Assembly: GCF_009914755.1 (NCBI RefSeq)
Contig: NC_060931.1
Reading direction: 5' to 3' (one strand)
DNA: 64,000 nt
Origin: the human T2T-CHM13v2.0 reference genome, Homo sapiens
In this document: positions 17,050 through 31,345 of the stretch, piece by piece
Layout of the letters: every line of letters starts with the position of its first letter
Position numbering within the stretch: the stretch's first letter is position 1
Notes under the pieces: generated by a model
What the model was told of the DNA's origin: nothing
Seen by the model: only the letters and a program-made list of their open reading frames with translations
Databases searched by the model: none
Position numbers and translations under genes: made by a program

Positions 17050-18110
17050 CCAGGCAGCAGCTCTGTGAGATCCTTAAGCAAGGTAAGGAAACTCACCCGC
17101 TGCGCTGCGGCTTCGTGGCCAGCAGGGCTGGGACATACTCGCCTCACGCTTCAGCACCGGGGACAGCTCCTGCCTCGCCAACTTCGGCAGCTCTTCTCGA
17201 TGTCTCGCCGCGGGCTGTGCCTCACAGGCTACGGGAGGGGAGAGTGTCTCCCCACGCCGGGGTCCCGGCCTCTGGGTTTTAGGGAGCGCGAATGGGTCTC
17301 CGACAGCAACGGGAGCAGCCGGTGGCGCCTCAGGCTGCGGTGGCAACGAGCCCGACTGCACTACGGCTTTGCGGGACCGCGCCAGCGCGGAGGAGACCGA
17401 GCCCATCTCAGCGGGCCGGGCCGGACCCAGGTGAGCGGCCCTGGCTCCCCGAGGAATCCACGGCCCTCGCCTGCCGAAGGCTTACTCCCTCCTGGTGCCG
17501 GGGCGCCCCCAGCTGTCTGCTCCGCCTCTGACCCTGCGGGCTGCAGCGAAGGCTGCGCGCCCACCCGCGGGGGACCGGAACGGAGGGTAATGCGGGCGGT
17601 GTCCGCGCCCGCCTAACAGTCTGGGGTGGATGGGACTTGGGGAGTCGCTATATAGAGGCTGTCCGGAGGCTTTACTGGAAATTGAGGGGAGGAAGGGGCG
17701 TGGCATTAGGCGAGGGATACTTTTTTCTCCACTTTCTGCACTTGGTTCACCTGAGGCCAAAAGCTTGGAGGGTCCTTCCTGTTCCTCTTCGCACGTCTGG
17801 GCCACCTCTGTCCCCCAGGAAGATGGCAGGTTTAGCGAGGGCGGAGAAGGGACCGAGATTTGTTTTCTTCTCAATTTCTCCTCTTAAAGCCAATATCACT
17901 GCTCTTCTAGGCTGTGCTTCCCCTGGAGCCCACCTTTCCTGTTGGCGGCTAAGACCAGAGAGGGAGGCGGAAGTGCACGGGGAGTCAGCTCCGCTAGTTC
18001 TCCGCGGGAGAGCAAGCTGGGAGGCGCCAGCCAGCCCTGGGGGCGCCCAAGACGGGAAGCCAGAGCAGCCTGGGGCCCTATTAATAGGCCTGCTTTGCTG
18101 GCTGGGGTGA
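17050..18110. promoter_or_regulatory. CpG island / promoter, possibly bidirectional
   Basis: Sharp rise in GC and CpG density against CpG-depleted flanks. Contains GC-box-like motifs, an ETS motif CGGAAGTG (17968-17975), X-box-like motifs (17296-17310, 17334-17347) and a CTCF-like motif (17315-17328). Strong splice donors on both strands. Confidence 0.9.
17097..17406 (-). CDS. PDE1C: First coding exon (103 codons + 1 nt, phase 1), probably the distal alternative first exon of PDE1C
   Basis: Minus-strand ATG at 17406 in strong Kozak context (GAG ATG G). The frame MGSVSSALARSRK...WPRSRSAA runs open to a canonical donor GCGG|GTGAGT (plus-strand actcac 17091-17096) inside a CpG island. No upstream minus-strand ATG in ~17407-17600. 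The gene name comes from recalled gene order (PDE1C distal promoter, PRPS2 pseudogene, SLC25A5P5 on 7p14.3), not from homology visible in the window. Confidence 0.7.
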
Positions 18111-18886
18111 GGTCACTGGTCCTTCTCTGCCTGCAGTGTGGTGGTGCCTACGTAGAGCAGAAGCAGGAAGGGAAGCCTGGGATGATGTTTCAGCTAAAAG
18201 AGGTTGCCCAGAAAGGTTTTAGGTCTTGCCCAAGGTCATAGGCAGTTAGTGGTGGAGCTGGGTCTTGTGCCTGGGACTCCTCTTTCTAGAACCAGTCTCC
18301 TGTCCACACTGCTCCCCATTCCAAAGGTTTGCAGGCATTGAATTTTGAAGCAAGACAATTGTGCAATACACAGCATATCTGAGGTTGGAATGTGTGAGGG
18401 GAGAGTGACTATGGTATTTCTCAGCCAGCCTGGGAAGCTTTCCTCCTCCCCATCCAGTGTCAGCGCTCTTTCTGTGACAGAATGATGTGATTCTTGACAC
18501 TGTCATCTGTAAAATGGCATACCAACAAGTAAATGTAAAGTAGTATTATCATGGAAACGCTTTCTGAACCACTGAGCCAATCAGATCAACAAACATCAAA
18601 ATGGGAGAGGAAGTTAAAAAAGTCCTTTTTAAATCCTCAACTGGTACTTAGAGAAGAGACAAGTTGGGGGATTAACTGGGATGGGACAGCAATGGAACAG
18701 CACAGCTCACTCACCTTGGCCTTGTTTCCTATGAGATAGGCAGAAGCTCGAATCCTAGGCCCTGAGCCAACATTACATAGAAGCCCCTCCAACATTTAGA
18801 GGCACACATACCATGGGCCACCACACCTTGCAAGGGCTCCGGGAGTGTCTTCTCACCTCTGCCAATATCAGGGACCCACCTTCCTA

Positions 18887-19322
18887 TGTGTATTAGGGTT
18901 CTCCAGAGAAACAGTGTATATACATAAAGAGAGAGATTTATTATAAGGAATTGGCTCACATGGTTATGGGGGCTGAGAAGTCCCACAGTCTATAGTTAGC
19001 AAGTTGGAAACCCAGGAGAGCCAGTGGTATAAGTTCCAATCTGAGTCCAGTCACAAAGTCAGGGGAAGATAGATGCACCCGTTCAAAGATAGGCAGAGAG
19101 AATGAATTCTCTCTTACTCTGCCTTTTTGTTCTATTTGGGCATCTAACAGATTGGATGAGGCCTATCCACATTGGGGAGGGTGATCTGCTTAACTCATTT
19201 TACTGATCCAAATGTTAATCCCATCCAGAAACACCCTTACAAACACACCAAGAATAATGTTTAAACAAATATCTGGGCACCCTACAGCCCAATCAAGTTG
19301 ACACATAAGATTAGCCATTGCA
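18887..19322 (-). mobile_element. MLT2 (ERVL) LTR
   Basis: TGTATTAGGGTTCTCCAGAGAAACAG...CAAGTTGACACATAAGATTAGCCATTGCA. Confidence 0.8.
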
Positions 19323-20889
19323 ACATGTGTTTGTATGGCTATGTTCCTTGTAACTTTTAAAATCACTTTTTATTCTTTTCTTGCTCACCTGATGAACTAA
19401 TAGGCCCTGGTATAAATCCTCACTCTGGGCAAATACTCTATTAGAAAGAAAGCTCCCTGGGCAGGCATTTCCTCTTCTTGCACCATGACTTGAATTTCCT
19501 ACAAACCAGACATGGGCATCATTAGCAATAATGCAAAGGTGGGCATGGAAGGAAGTAAATGTTCTGGACTACCCTAAGTGATATATTCCACTTGGCTGTA
19601 CTGGTTGTGAAAATGCATAAATATAATACTTCTGTATGGGATGGTAAATAGCTGCTGCCCTAAACCCACCTACCACCCTGGCTAACCCAGGCCTTTCCCC
19701 AGGATGGACACACACACAAACACACATACACCCATCTCATATCTGGCAATTAAGGGATTGATGTCTGGTGGAACAAGGGACCTGAATACCATGGCCATTA
19801 TCTGATTGGTTGAAGCCGAGGCCATATTCTTCTTATCTATTTTGAATGTCCCATCCCTTACAAAGTAAGAGCTCAGTGAATGTCAGTGTCTTTCCCCTTT
19901 CCCTTCCCTTCTTATTATTATCCATCTGTTAAGTACCTGCTACATGGCCTGCACTTTGCCTAATGACCCTTTAAGATAAGTTTTCTACATTTTTCCAGAT
20001 AAGGAAGTAAATTCATCATCCAGAGTCAAATGACTGCCCAAGGTCACCGTGATAGTAAGTTGCAGACTCAGGTTTTATATTCAGCTCTTCACTGAGCCCT
20101 TACTCTGTAAGAGGTGGGGCGTTCAAAATAGAAAAAAAGACTATGGTCATTTATGTCTCCCTTTGTCTCCCTTCCTGAGCAAGCTGCACCCCACAACCCA
20201 GTTCTTCCATAAGGAGGGATGCTCTGGAAGGGCTTTGTGACTCTGGGGATAAGGTCTTCTCCCATTTCCTATCATTTCCTATCCCTATGTTTAGGAAAAG
20301 CCTGCTCCCTTGGCACATATATGCATGCGTGCACACACACACACAGAGACAGAGAGATAGAGAGAGAGAGAGAGACATACTCCCCTCCTTAGGAAGGGAG
20401 GTTCAGCTCAGCTAAGAGTTTGGTTGTTGATGTTGTTTGGTTGTTGATGAGGTTCTCCCAATTCTCCTTTCAATGAGAAGGGATAAGCATGGAAAACTGA
20501 AACAATCTTCCTCATCTTTTTTTTCCACTTGCATTTTAAAACAAAAGGCTGTGTATGGTCAGCTGGAACTTGGTTAGAGGAGGCTGTTAGTGAACATGCC
20601 AGCTGCAGGTGATCTTATTCTCATGGCCGTTTCCTTTCCTCTCTCAGGCCTCTGGCCTCGTCCACCAAGAACCTGCCAGAGTTCCTTCCAGAGGCCCACC
20701 AACAGGTGCTCAGCAGAATCTGCACTGAGGAGCATTGGAAAGATCTGACCTACCTGCCAACATCCTACCAGAACCTGAAAGTCACCAATTGGGATTTATG
20801 TCTTCGGATCCTGAAGTTTTAACCACTGACAATGTTGAATTTTACCTAAGCCCTGTGCTTCTGGAAAACAGGGAAGGTCAAGACATCCC

Positions 20890-21222
20890 CTACTGTTTTA
20901 ATCAATTCAGGCTGCTATAGCAAAAATACCAGAGACTGGGTGGCTTAAACAACAAACATTTATTTCTCACAGTTCTGGAGGCTGGAGGTCTGAGATCAGG
21001 GTGCCAGCATGGCTGGGTTCTGGTGAGGGACCTCTTCCTGATTACATCTTCACACGGCCTTTCCCTGGCGTGTGCACATAGGAAAAGAGACCCCCATGTC
21101 TTCTTCTCTTTTTAAAAGAGCACTAATCCCGTCATGGGGGCTCTAACCCGGTCCTACCTCCAAATACCATTACTTTGGGGATTAATATTTCAACATATGA
21201 ATGAGGGAGAGGGCACAAACAT
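20890..21222 (-). mobile_element. MLT1A-like MaLR LTR
   Basis: GGGTGGCTTAAACAACAAACATTTATTTCTCACAGTTCTGGAGGCTGG. Confidence 0.8.
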
Positions 21223-21227
21223 CCTTT

Positions 21228-22103
<876 letters not shown>

Positions 22104-22983
22104 CCATCTTTAAGAGTTTCCTCTAAGAATATAAGTGACCCTATGAGAGGGCACTGTAAGTCTCAGTTAACGTTTTGTTGAAGATTAATTTATCCCTGTT
22201 TGACTAAAGGGGAGGAAGGCAGACAAGAATACTATGAGAACCTACCAGACACTAGACATAGCCCTGGATATTACACATACTTGATTTCATGTAATTCTTG
22301 AGGTTCAAAGATACAAAATGATTTCCCAAAGACCCTACAGAGGCCAGACTGAAACCTAGGTCATTAACTTGGAATCATAGGTTCAACACAGACAATAGCT
22401 CCCCACAAAATTTTAAAGATCCCAGAGTCCAGCTCCTGCCTGGTCAGGTTGGGGAAACTAGGGTCAACCAACATGCTAATGACAGAAGAGCTCAGAAAAG
22501 AGCCCAAATCTTCCACCCCAGGCTCCATCTCATTCCAGCACAACCACAGCTACCACTTTTCACCAGCTTCACAGCTCTGTCTTGTTGTCAGCCTTATTAG
22601 AACTGCTCTCTGCTGAGTTAGTCTAGACAATTTCCAAGAAAGTTCAGAGGGCTCCCAAGAAGATCCCCAACCAAGGTAATCAAAGGATTTCAAGTGAAGT
22701 CAGAACACACAGGAGCAAAGAAGCAACTCAGCTGGATCCATTTAACATTGATTGAGCACCTACAGCTTGTTATGGCTATAGTCTCCACATGGCTTCTGAC
22801 CAGTCAGGACTATGGGACTATACCATAATGCTGGGAGCTTGAGCTGTAACACAGGCATTGGCAAATAAAAGAAAAAATATGCGTCATTCAGCCTGAAAGA
22901 TCAGAGGGTGATCTGCTCCAGGGAAATCTGAGAGCTGGAGAATGGTTGGGATGTAGAGCTCTGGAACTGTAACATCGTTGCTA

Positions 22984-23362
<379 letters not shown>

Positions 23363-23541
23363 AGGATGTTTTTCTGCTGGATGCTTTGTTGTTTCATTTG
23401 TCTTTGCAGTATCCTTGTAATTAGAAAGGTTAAAGGTATTATTCACTCTCATTCTACATTCAAACAAAACAAGGCTTAAAAGCTAAAATGGATTGCAAAC
23501 CTAAGTGGAGAATAGGGATAGACACAGGTCTAGCTCCAAGG

Positions 23542-23871
<330 letters not shown>

Positions 23872-24027
23872 TCCCAGGTCTTCTGACTCCAACTAATGTT
23901 CCAACTCTATAAACAAAAAAAATAAAAAATATTTGAGTTGGATCTTTGGGCCATCAATTCCAACTTACCATCCAGTGTAGAAAGGACCTCCTTCTATAGG
24001 TCTCTGAAAAAAAAATGTAAAATTCAA

Positions 24028-24195
24028 TGGGCATGGTGGCACACACCTGTAGTCCCAGCTACTTGAGAGGCTGAGGCAAGAGGATCACTTAAGCACAGGA
24101 GTTTGAGGCTGCAGTGTGCTATGATCACATGCATTCATAGCCCCTACACTACAGCCTGTGCAACAGCAAGACCCCACCTCCAAAAAGAAAAAACA
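24028..24195 (+). mobile_element. Alu monomer (FAM/FRAM-like)
   Basis: Single Alu arm. Confidence 0.75.
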
Positions 24196-24467
24196 CAAGC
24201 AAATTAAACATACAGCTCCTAATCAATGCCTCAGTAATGGAAATTCATTACCTTTTATAATATAATCATTTTCTGACTATTGAAGTGATACTCATTTACA
24301 CATTCATGGGAGAAAATTTAGAAACTGCAAAAAAGCACAAAGCATAAAATTTAAGCCACCCATAATGTTGACATATCCTTTATTTCCCCCTTGCTAAGAG
24401 AAATGAAGTATATGCTGAATTCTAGTTATATTACATAGGATAATATCCAAGATATGATTTCTATTAC

Positions 24468-24757
<290 letters not shown>

Positions 24758-25539
24758 TACTTTTTAGAATAGTATGTTCTAATCATATATACCAGTCCAA
24801 TTATATATAACCAGTCAGTCCAATTATATATATCCAGTCCAATACATTCATGTTTTACAAAATTAATATACTTTTATGATCTTAATTATTTATAATTTTA
24901 TATACAATTTATATATGCATATATTTTAATATGTAATTTATATAATATTTATAAATGTAAAATATATGTACATAAATCATTGTTATGATTTATTTATACA
25001 TTAAAAAACCATAACATTCCCCATCCCAATGAGATATCACTTCATATTCAATAGGATGGCTACTATCAAAATCATTCTTATGATTTATTAATATATTTAT
25101 GTAATTTATAATTTGTAATGTTGTAAATAACATTATAAATAAATAAATGGACATTTATCTACTGACCTATTCCTGTATTTATTCATCTTAAATTTATAAG
25201 TTTTAATAACATTTTCCAAAAGCTTCTTGGATGTTCTTACACAAATTGTTTTCTAGATTTACTTTTTTAGAACAGATTGGTCTGTGGGCTGCAGTGTGCC
25301 AACCCCTGCTCTAGGCTTTCTAATGGAAAGATTTGTTGTGGGAAGGAGGAAGACAAGCTTGGTGAAGTTTAAGGAGTATGTGGGATAGGGAAAAGCACAC
25401 TAAGATACATCATTGTTTTAATTTCTCTTGGTACAAAATATTCCATTTACTTTGAAATTTCAGATATCATTTTAAAAGGGCTGGATTTTTTTTTCCAAAA
25501 GGGGAATGAGTCTTTATAATTTAAGAAACACTCCTCATC

Positions 25540-26280
25540 CCAAAGAGATATCATCTCACACTTACTAGGATGGCTGCCATCCAAAAAATAAGCAGAAAAT
25601 AACAAGTGTTGGCTAGATTGTGGAGAAATTGGAATCCTTGTGCACTGTTGCTGGAATGTAAAATGGTGCAGCTGCTATAGAAAACAGTATGGCACTTTCT
25701 CAAAAAAATTAAGCAGAATTACCATATGATTCAGCAATTCCACTTCTGGGTATATATTCAAAAGAATTGAAAGCAGGGTCTTAAAGAAATAGTTGTACAC
25801 CTATGTCCATAGCAGCATTATTGACGATAACCAAGTGGTGGGGGCAACCCAAATGGGCATTGAGGGATGAATGGATAAACAAAGTGTGGCATATATAAAG
25901 GAAATTCTGACACACGCTACAACATAGATGACACTTGAAGACATTACACTATGTGAAATAAGCCAGTCATCAAAAGACAAATACGGTATCGTTTCACTTA
26001 CATAGGATGTCTAGAGGAGTCAAAGTCATAGAAACAGAAAGTAGAATGGTGGTTGCCAGGGACTGGGGGGAGAGAGGGGTGGAGAGTTGTTTAATGGGCA
26101 TAGAATTTTAGTCTTGCAAGATGAAAAACTTCTGGAGATTGGTTACACAAAAAAGGGAATGTACTTAACATTACTGAACTGTGCACTTAAAAGCGGTTAA
26201 GATAGTAAACGTAATGTTATGTATATTTTACCACAATTTTTTAAAAATCTAATTATGCAAAATGAAAAAGAAGAGAAAAG
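25540..26280 (+). mobile_element. 5'-truncated L1MB-type element
   Basis: L1M ORF2-end and 3'UTR motifs. Degenerate TSD AAGAAACA(C/T)TC at both ends. Confidence 0.8.
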
Positions 26281-28248
26281 AAACATTCTCCAGAATCAGT
26301 CTGTTCCTTTTTCTATGTGATAAAATTGCAGATATGTGAAGACAGTCATTGTGCTCACATCTGCTTTCTCTTTTTCAAACCAACCGTTATCATCTTCATC
26401 AGATCTTCCCCATATGACAGACTGTTCAGATTATTTGTTTTCCTCTATCATGTTCCTTTAATACTCTCTGGTTGTTGTTATTTTAATGCTTTTCTTAAAA
26501 TAGGATTCCCAGACCAAAGATCATAATTCAGGTGTGTCTAATCAGGATAGAATGTTTTGGAACTGCTACTTCCTACAACCTAGCAGATGCTGGACCTCTG
26601 TCAATGTGTCCTAAGAATATCATCTACCAAACCCCCAGGCCCAGTTTTGTGGAATCTGCTTCCTTCATTTGGTACGTGGGCCTTTGAACCTAAATGCAGA
26701 ATTTCAAATATATTCCTATTTATTTAATTTTCTAAGTTTTGCCTCAGCTATGTTAAATTAAATTAAATCAAACCACTTCCAAAAATCAAAGAAGAAAAGA
26801 ACCCAACCTAAATTAAAATGTAGATCTAAATTTAAAAAACCAATTCTGAAAGTCACGTTGAGTCTTCCTTCTCAGCTTCTTCAGCCATTCCTCACGTGAT
26901 AACTTTAACATCTGAGCTTTTGTTAGATCAAGACTGAGACAAAACTCTACAGCAGACATGGCAAATCAGTTTCATTGAGTATACCCCTGCATTTGATTGG
27001 CAGTGGCTGCCTGCAGCACTGTTATTAGGAGCCTCCTTCAGGCAGAAGTGCAGTGATGGATTAAAGATGTCTGCCAAAGACTGCGGTAAGGAGACAGAGG
27101 TAAGTATGCCACCAATTTGCCAGGAAGGCCCCATGGGTTTTACTGTAGCTGAATTTCCACCAATGGTCCTGTGATTGAAGTCTAAAGACTATGAGCATAA
27201 GTGTTTCAATTGCTCTTAATTGTCACTACCGTGTCATAGGAAATAAAGCTGGAAAAGAAAACCTAATGTGTGTAATTCCCTCAGATGTCAAAGGACATCT
27301 GCATATTCAGGACTGATGATTCTGCTTTGTCCCCACCCACTCAATTTTGAGCCAGAGTCTAAGTCAGAAACAGGAAACAGAATCCTAAAGGAAACCAAAA
27401 GAAAACAGAAATATTAATGATGTCATTTTTAATTATCCATATTATTATAGGAAACATATATATGGGAAAATATTATTTTAATGTTATACATTATATGAAG
27501 TGTGTGCATGTATGAATTAACCACTATTAAGGTCGATACATACCTTATATCATTTTCCATATATAAATACATATAAAACCATAGCAGAAATACATAGGAA
27601 ATACCCTAGCACCTGGCATACACTGGGCATACAATAAATGTTTGTTGCATTTAATTAAAATAATTTAAATCCTTCTATTTCAATTTATTAAGAAAAGCAG
27701 TTACTCCAAACATGCAGAAATAAATGAAAACCACCCAAATCAGAAACAGCAATGGCTACTTACTCAGAGCTTGCTATAGCAAAAGAGTCAGCCACCAGCA
27801 CAAAGGCAGAGGAGTTGGAAAGCATATGGTGGCAAAAGGGAAGGCTTCAGGTGTGCCCTGAAGCTGTTGGCATGGAAAGCTCTAGGCAGGCTAACTGTAA
27901 GTGGAAAATTCTATGCAATTGGTTAGGGGAGTGTATTTGGCTTTTTCCAGTTGGTCCCAAGTTAGAAATAGGGAACAAAAAATAGGGAAGCTGTCAGTTA
28001 TTAATCAAGTCTTGGCACTTAGGGCCATTGCTACAGGGGTTGTTACTTGGCTCCCTGTATTTAGTGCAGGTAACTGTATATATGGTCTAGCTATTGTCTG
28101 TTTGAATATTAGCATCTCAAATACAAAAGACTAAAATTCACTTCAGTTCCATAAACATTTATATAACCACTAACTACATACTAGAGACTACATGAGATAC
28201 TTTAAATAAAGGGATGAATATGACGCGGTCACTGCCCTACCTGGTGGG

Positions 28249-28610
28249 TGTGATGGTTAATACTGAGTGTCAACTTGATTGGATTGAAGGATGCAAAGTG
28301 TTGCTCCCGGGTGTGTCTGTGAGGGTGTTGCCAAAGGAGACTAACATTTGAGTCAGTGGGCTGGGGAAGGCAGATCCACCTTTAATCTGGTGGGGGAAAT
28401 CTAATCAGCTGCCAGGGAATATAAAGCAGGCAGAAAAATGTAAAAGGGAAAGACTGGCCTAGTCTCCCAGCCTACATCATTCCCCCATGCTGGATGCTTT
28501 CTGCCCTCGAACATTGGACTCCAAGTTCTTCAGTTTTGGGACTCGGACTGGCTCTCCTTGCTCCTCAGCTTGCCAACAGCCTATTGTGGGACCTTGTGGG
28601 ACCTTAATGA
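28249..28610 (+). mobile_element. MLT2A1/A2 (HERV-L) LTR; 3' end lost and replaced by AT palindromes
   Basis: TGTGATGGTTAATACTGAGTGTCAACTTGATTGGATTGAAGGATGCAAAG...; the expected ...CCTGACTAATACA end is absent. Confidence 0.88.
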
Positions 28611-28719
28611 ACTCATATATATATGAGTTCATATATATGGATATATATATATATGGATATATATATATATGGATATATATATATATATGAACTCATATAT
28701 ACATGAGTTCATATATATG

Positions 28720-28753
<34 letters not shown>

Positions 28754-29367
28754 CATAACCCTCCAGAATAGCCTTCACTGTCTTCAAAGTAGATGCAAGG
28801 CCCTTAGATTCAGGAAATGGTATTTAGAACTGTCTTGCGGTCATCATTTAAGACAATGCTCTCAAAGCCTACCCAGCAAAATGATAAACCCATGAAATTA
28901 CTTAACATTTTTAAACATTTAAGTCACAATAATAGAGACTTTCTTCGATTTACTGTTACTTCCCTTTACAAATCAGAAAAGTAAAAATTTTGTAGAAATT
29001 AGATTAAACTAAGATGAGCTTCCCACAACCAGTTTTGTTTGTTTGTTTGTTTGTGTTTTTTTGTTTTTGTTTTTACAAAATACACTTGTTCATCAGGCCT
29101 TGAATATTGAGTGGTACTAGCCAATAAGAAATTGTTATACCCCTCTGTCTCAATCTGGTTACCCAGACGCCCAGTTTCCTACCTGAAGCCCTGGCTATCA
29201 CTCCCCACTGTATTCCACTCATCTGTTCTTCCCTGGATCTTACAAGTCCTGCTGGGTCCACCAAGCCTTATGGATGGCACCCATCACTTCTGCCTCATTC
29301 TATTGGCCAAAGCAAGTCAAGAGGCAGGGAAGTAGGCTCCAAGCGCAAGAAGGAATAAAGAAAACCC

Positions 29368-29638
29368 CAGGCGGTGGTTCCTGACTACAATCCCAGCACT
29401 TTGGGAGTCCAAGGGGAAAGGATCACTTGAGGCCAGGAGTCTGAGACCTTGTCTCTACTAAAAATCAAAAAATTAGCTGAGCATGGTGGCATACACCTGT
29501 AGTCCCAGCTACATGGGAGGCTGAGGTGGGAGGATCACTTGAGCCTAGGAGGTCAAGGCTGAAGTGAGCTATGATCGTGCCACTGCACCCCAGCCTGGGT
29601 GACAGAGCAAGACCCTGTCTCAAAAAAAGAAAAAAGAA
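29368..29638 (+). mobile_element. AluJ
   Basis: Dimeric Alu. Confidence 0.85.
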
Positions 29639-29935
29639 ACTGAACTGGGGCCATGATGTAGTCTGCCTCACAGATCTGTCTGTGCCTCTGCATGCCAGTA
29701 GGAAAGCATAAACAGTGAAGCTTCTTGGAAACTATCCAGCAGCTCCAGCCTCCTCGAGCTCATTAATAAAGCATAGTATAGTAATGAACTGAGTTTTGGA
29801 ATAGACAGATTTAGGTCTGATACCTACTCTCACCATTTAGCAGGAGCAAAACCTGGGGCAACCTACCTAACCTTTCTTTGACCCTCTTTATTGTCATCTG
29901 CAAAACAGATATATTAACAGTATCGTCTTCACACA

Positions 29936-30326
29936 TTGCATTAGTTCATTCTCACAGTGCTGTAAAGAAATACCTGAGACTGCATAATTTATAAAGAAAA
30001 GAGTTTTAATTGGCTCACGGTTCCACAGGCTGTACAGGAAGCATGGTGGCATCTGCTTCTGGGGAGGCCTCAGGGAGCTTGTACTCGTAGCAGAAGGCAA
30101 AGTGGGAGCAGGTGTCTTACATGGCAGGAGCAAGGCCAAGGGGGCAGGGTGCTACACACTTTTAAACAACTAGACCTTGTGAGAACTCTGTCACAAGACA
30201 GCACCAAGGGGATGGTGCTAAACCATTCCCCATGATCCAATCACCTCCCACCACGGTCCACTTCCAGCATTGGGGATTATATTTCAACATGAGATTTGGG
30301 TGGGGACACAGATCCAAACCATGTCA
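29936..30326 (-). mobile_element. MSTA-like MaLR LTR
   Basis: TGCATTAGTTCATTCTCAC...GGGGACACAGATCCAAACCATGTCA. Confidence 0.85.
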
Positions 30327-30744
30327 GGTGTAAAACATTGCATGCCTTTATCAGTTGAGGTACAACAGTAAGCAGATGACACCCACAGACTGGACAATTT
30401 GACAAGAATTTAATAAGGAATCTCATCTACAAAGGTGTGGACTGAGTTTGGGGAAAACAAAAAGGGATAGTTCAGTATCCTAGGGTCAGTAAGGGCAGGG
30501 AACTGGTACCAATCCTAGGCCTGAAAGGGCAAGGAGGGAGCAGCTACCCAACCCCAGAGCTGTGGCCGATGAGGAGGAACACCGCCAATCTGCAGTGGAC
30601 CGGAGAAGAATAAACCCCTACCTCCTTCTTTTCCTGTCCCCTTCTCTCCTGCTGATGTCTCTCATTGATCAAACCTAGTGAGAAACCAAAGGACAGGAGC
30701 CTGTTCATTCAGCAAAGACAGAACAGACTCCCAAGTAAGGGCAA

Positions 30745-31345
<601 letters not shown>

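Noticed and set aside
17065-18110. Plus-strand 183-aa and 157-aa ORFs in the CpG island
   Set aside because: Non-ATG starts, no recognisable domain, and expected by chance in GC-rich stop-poor DNA.
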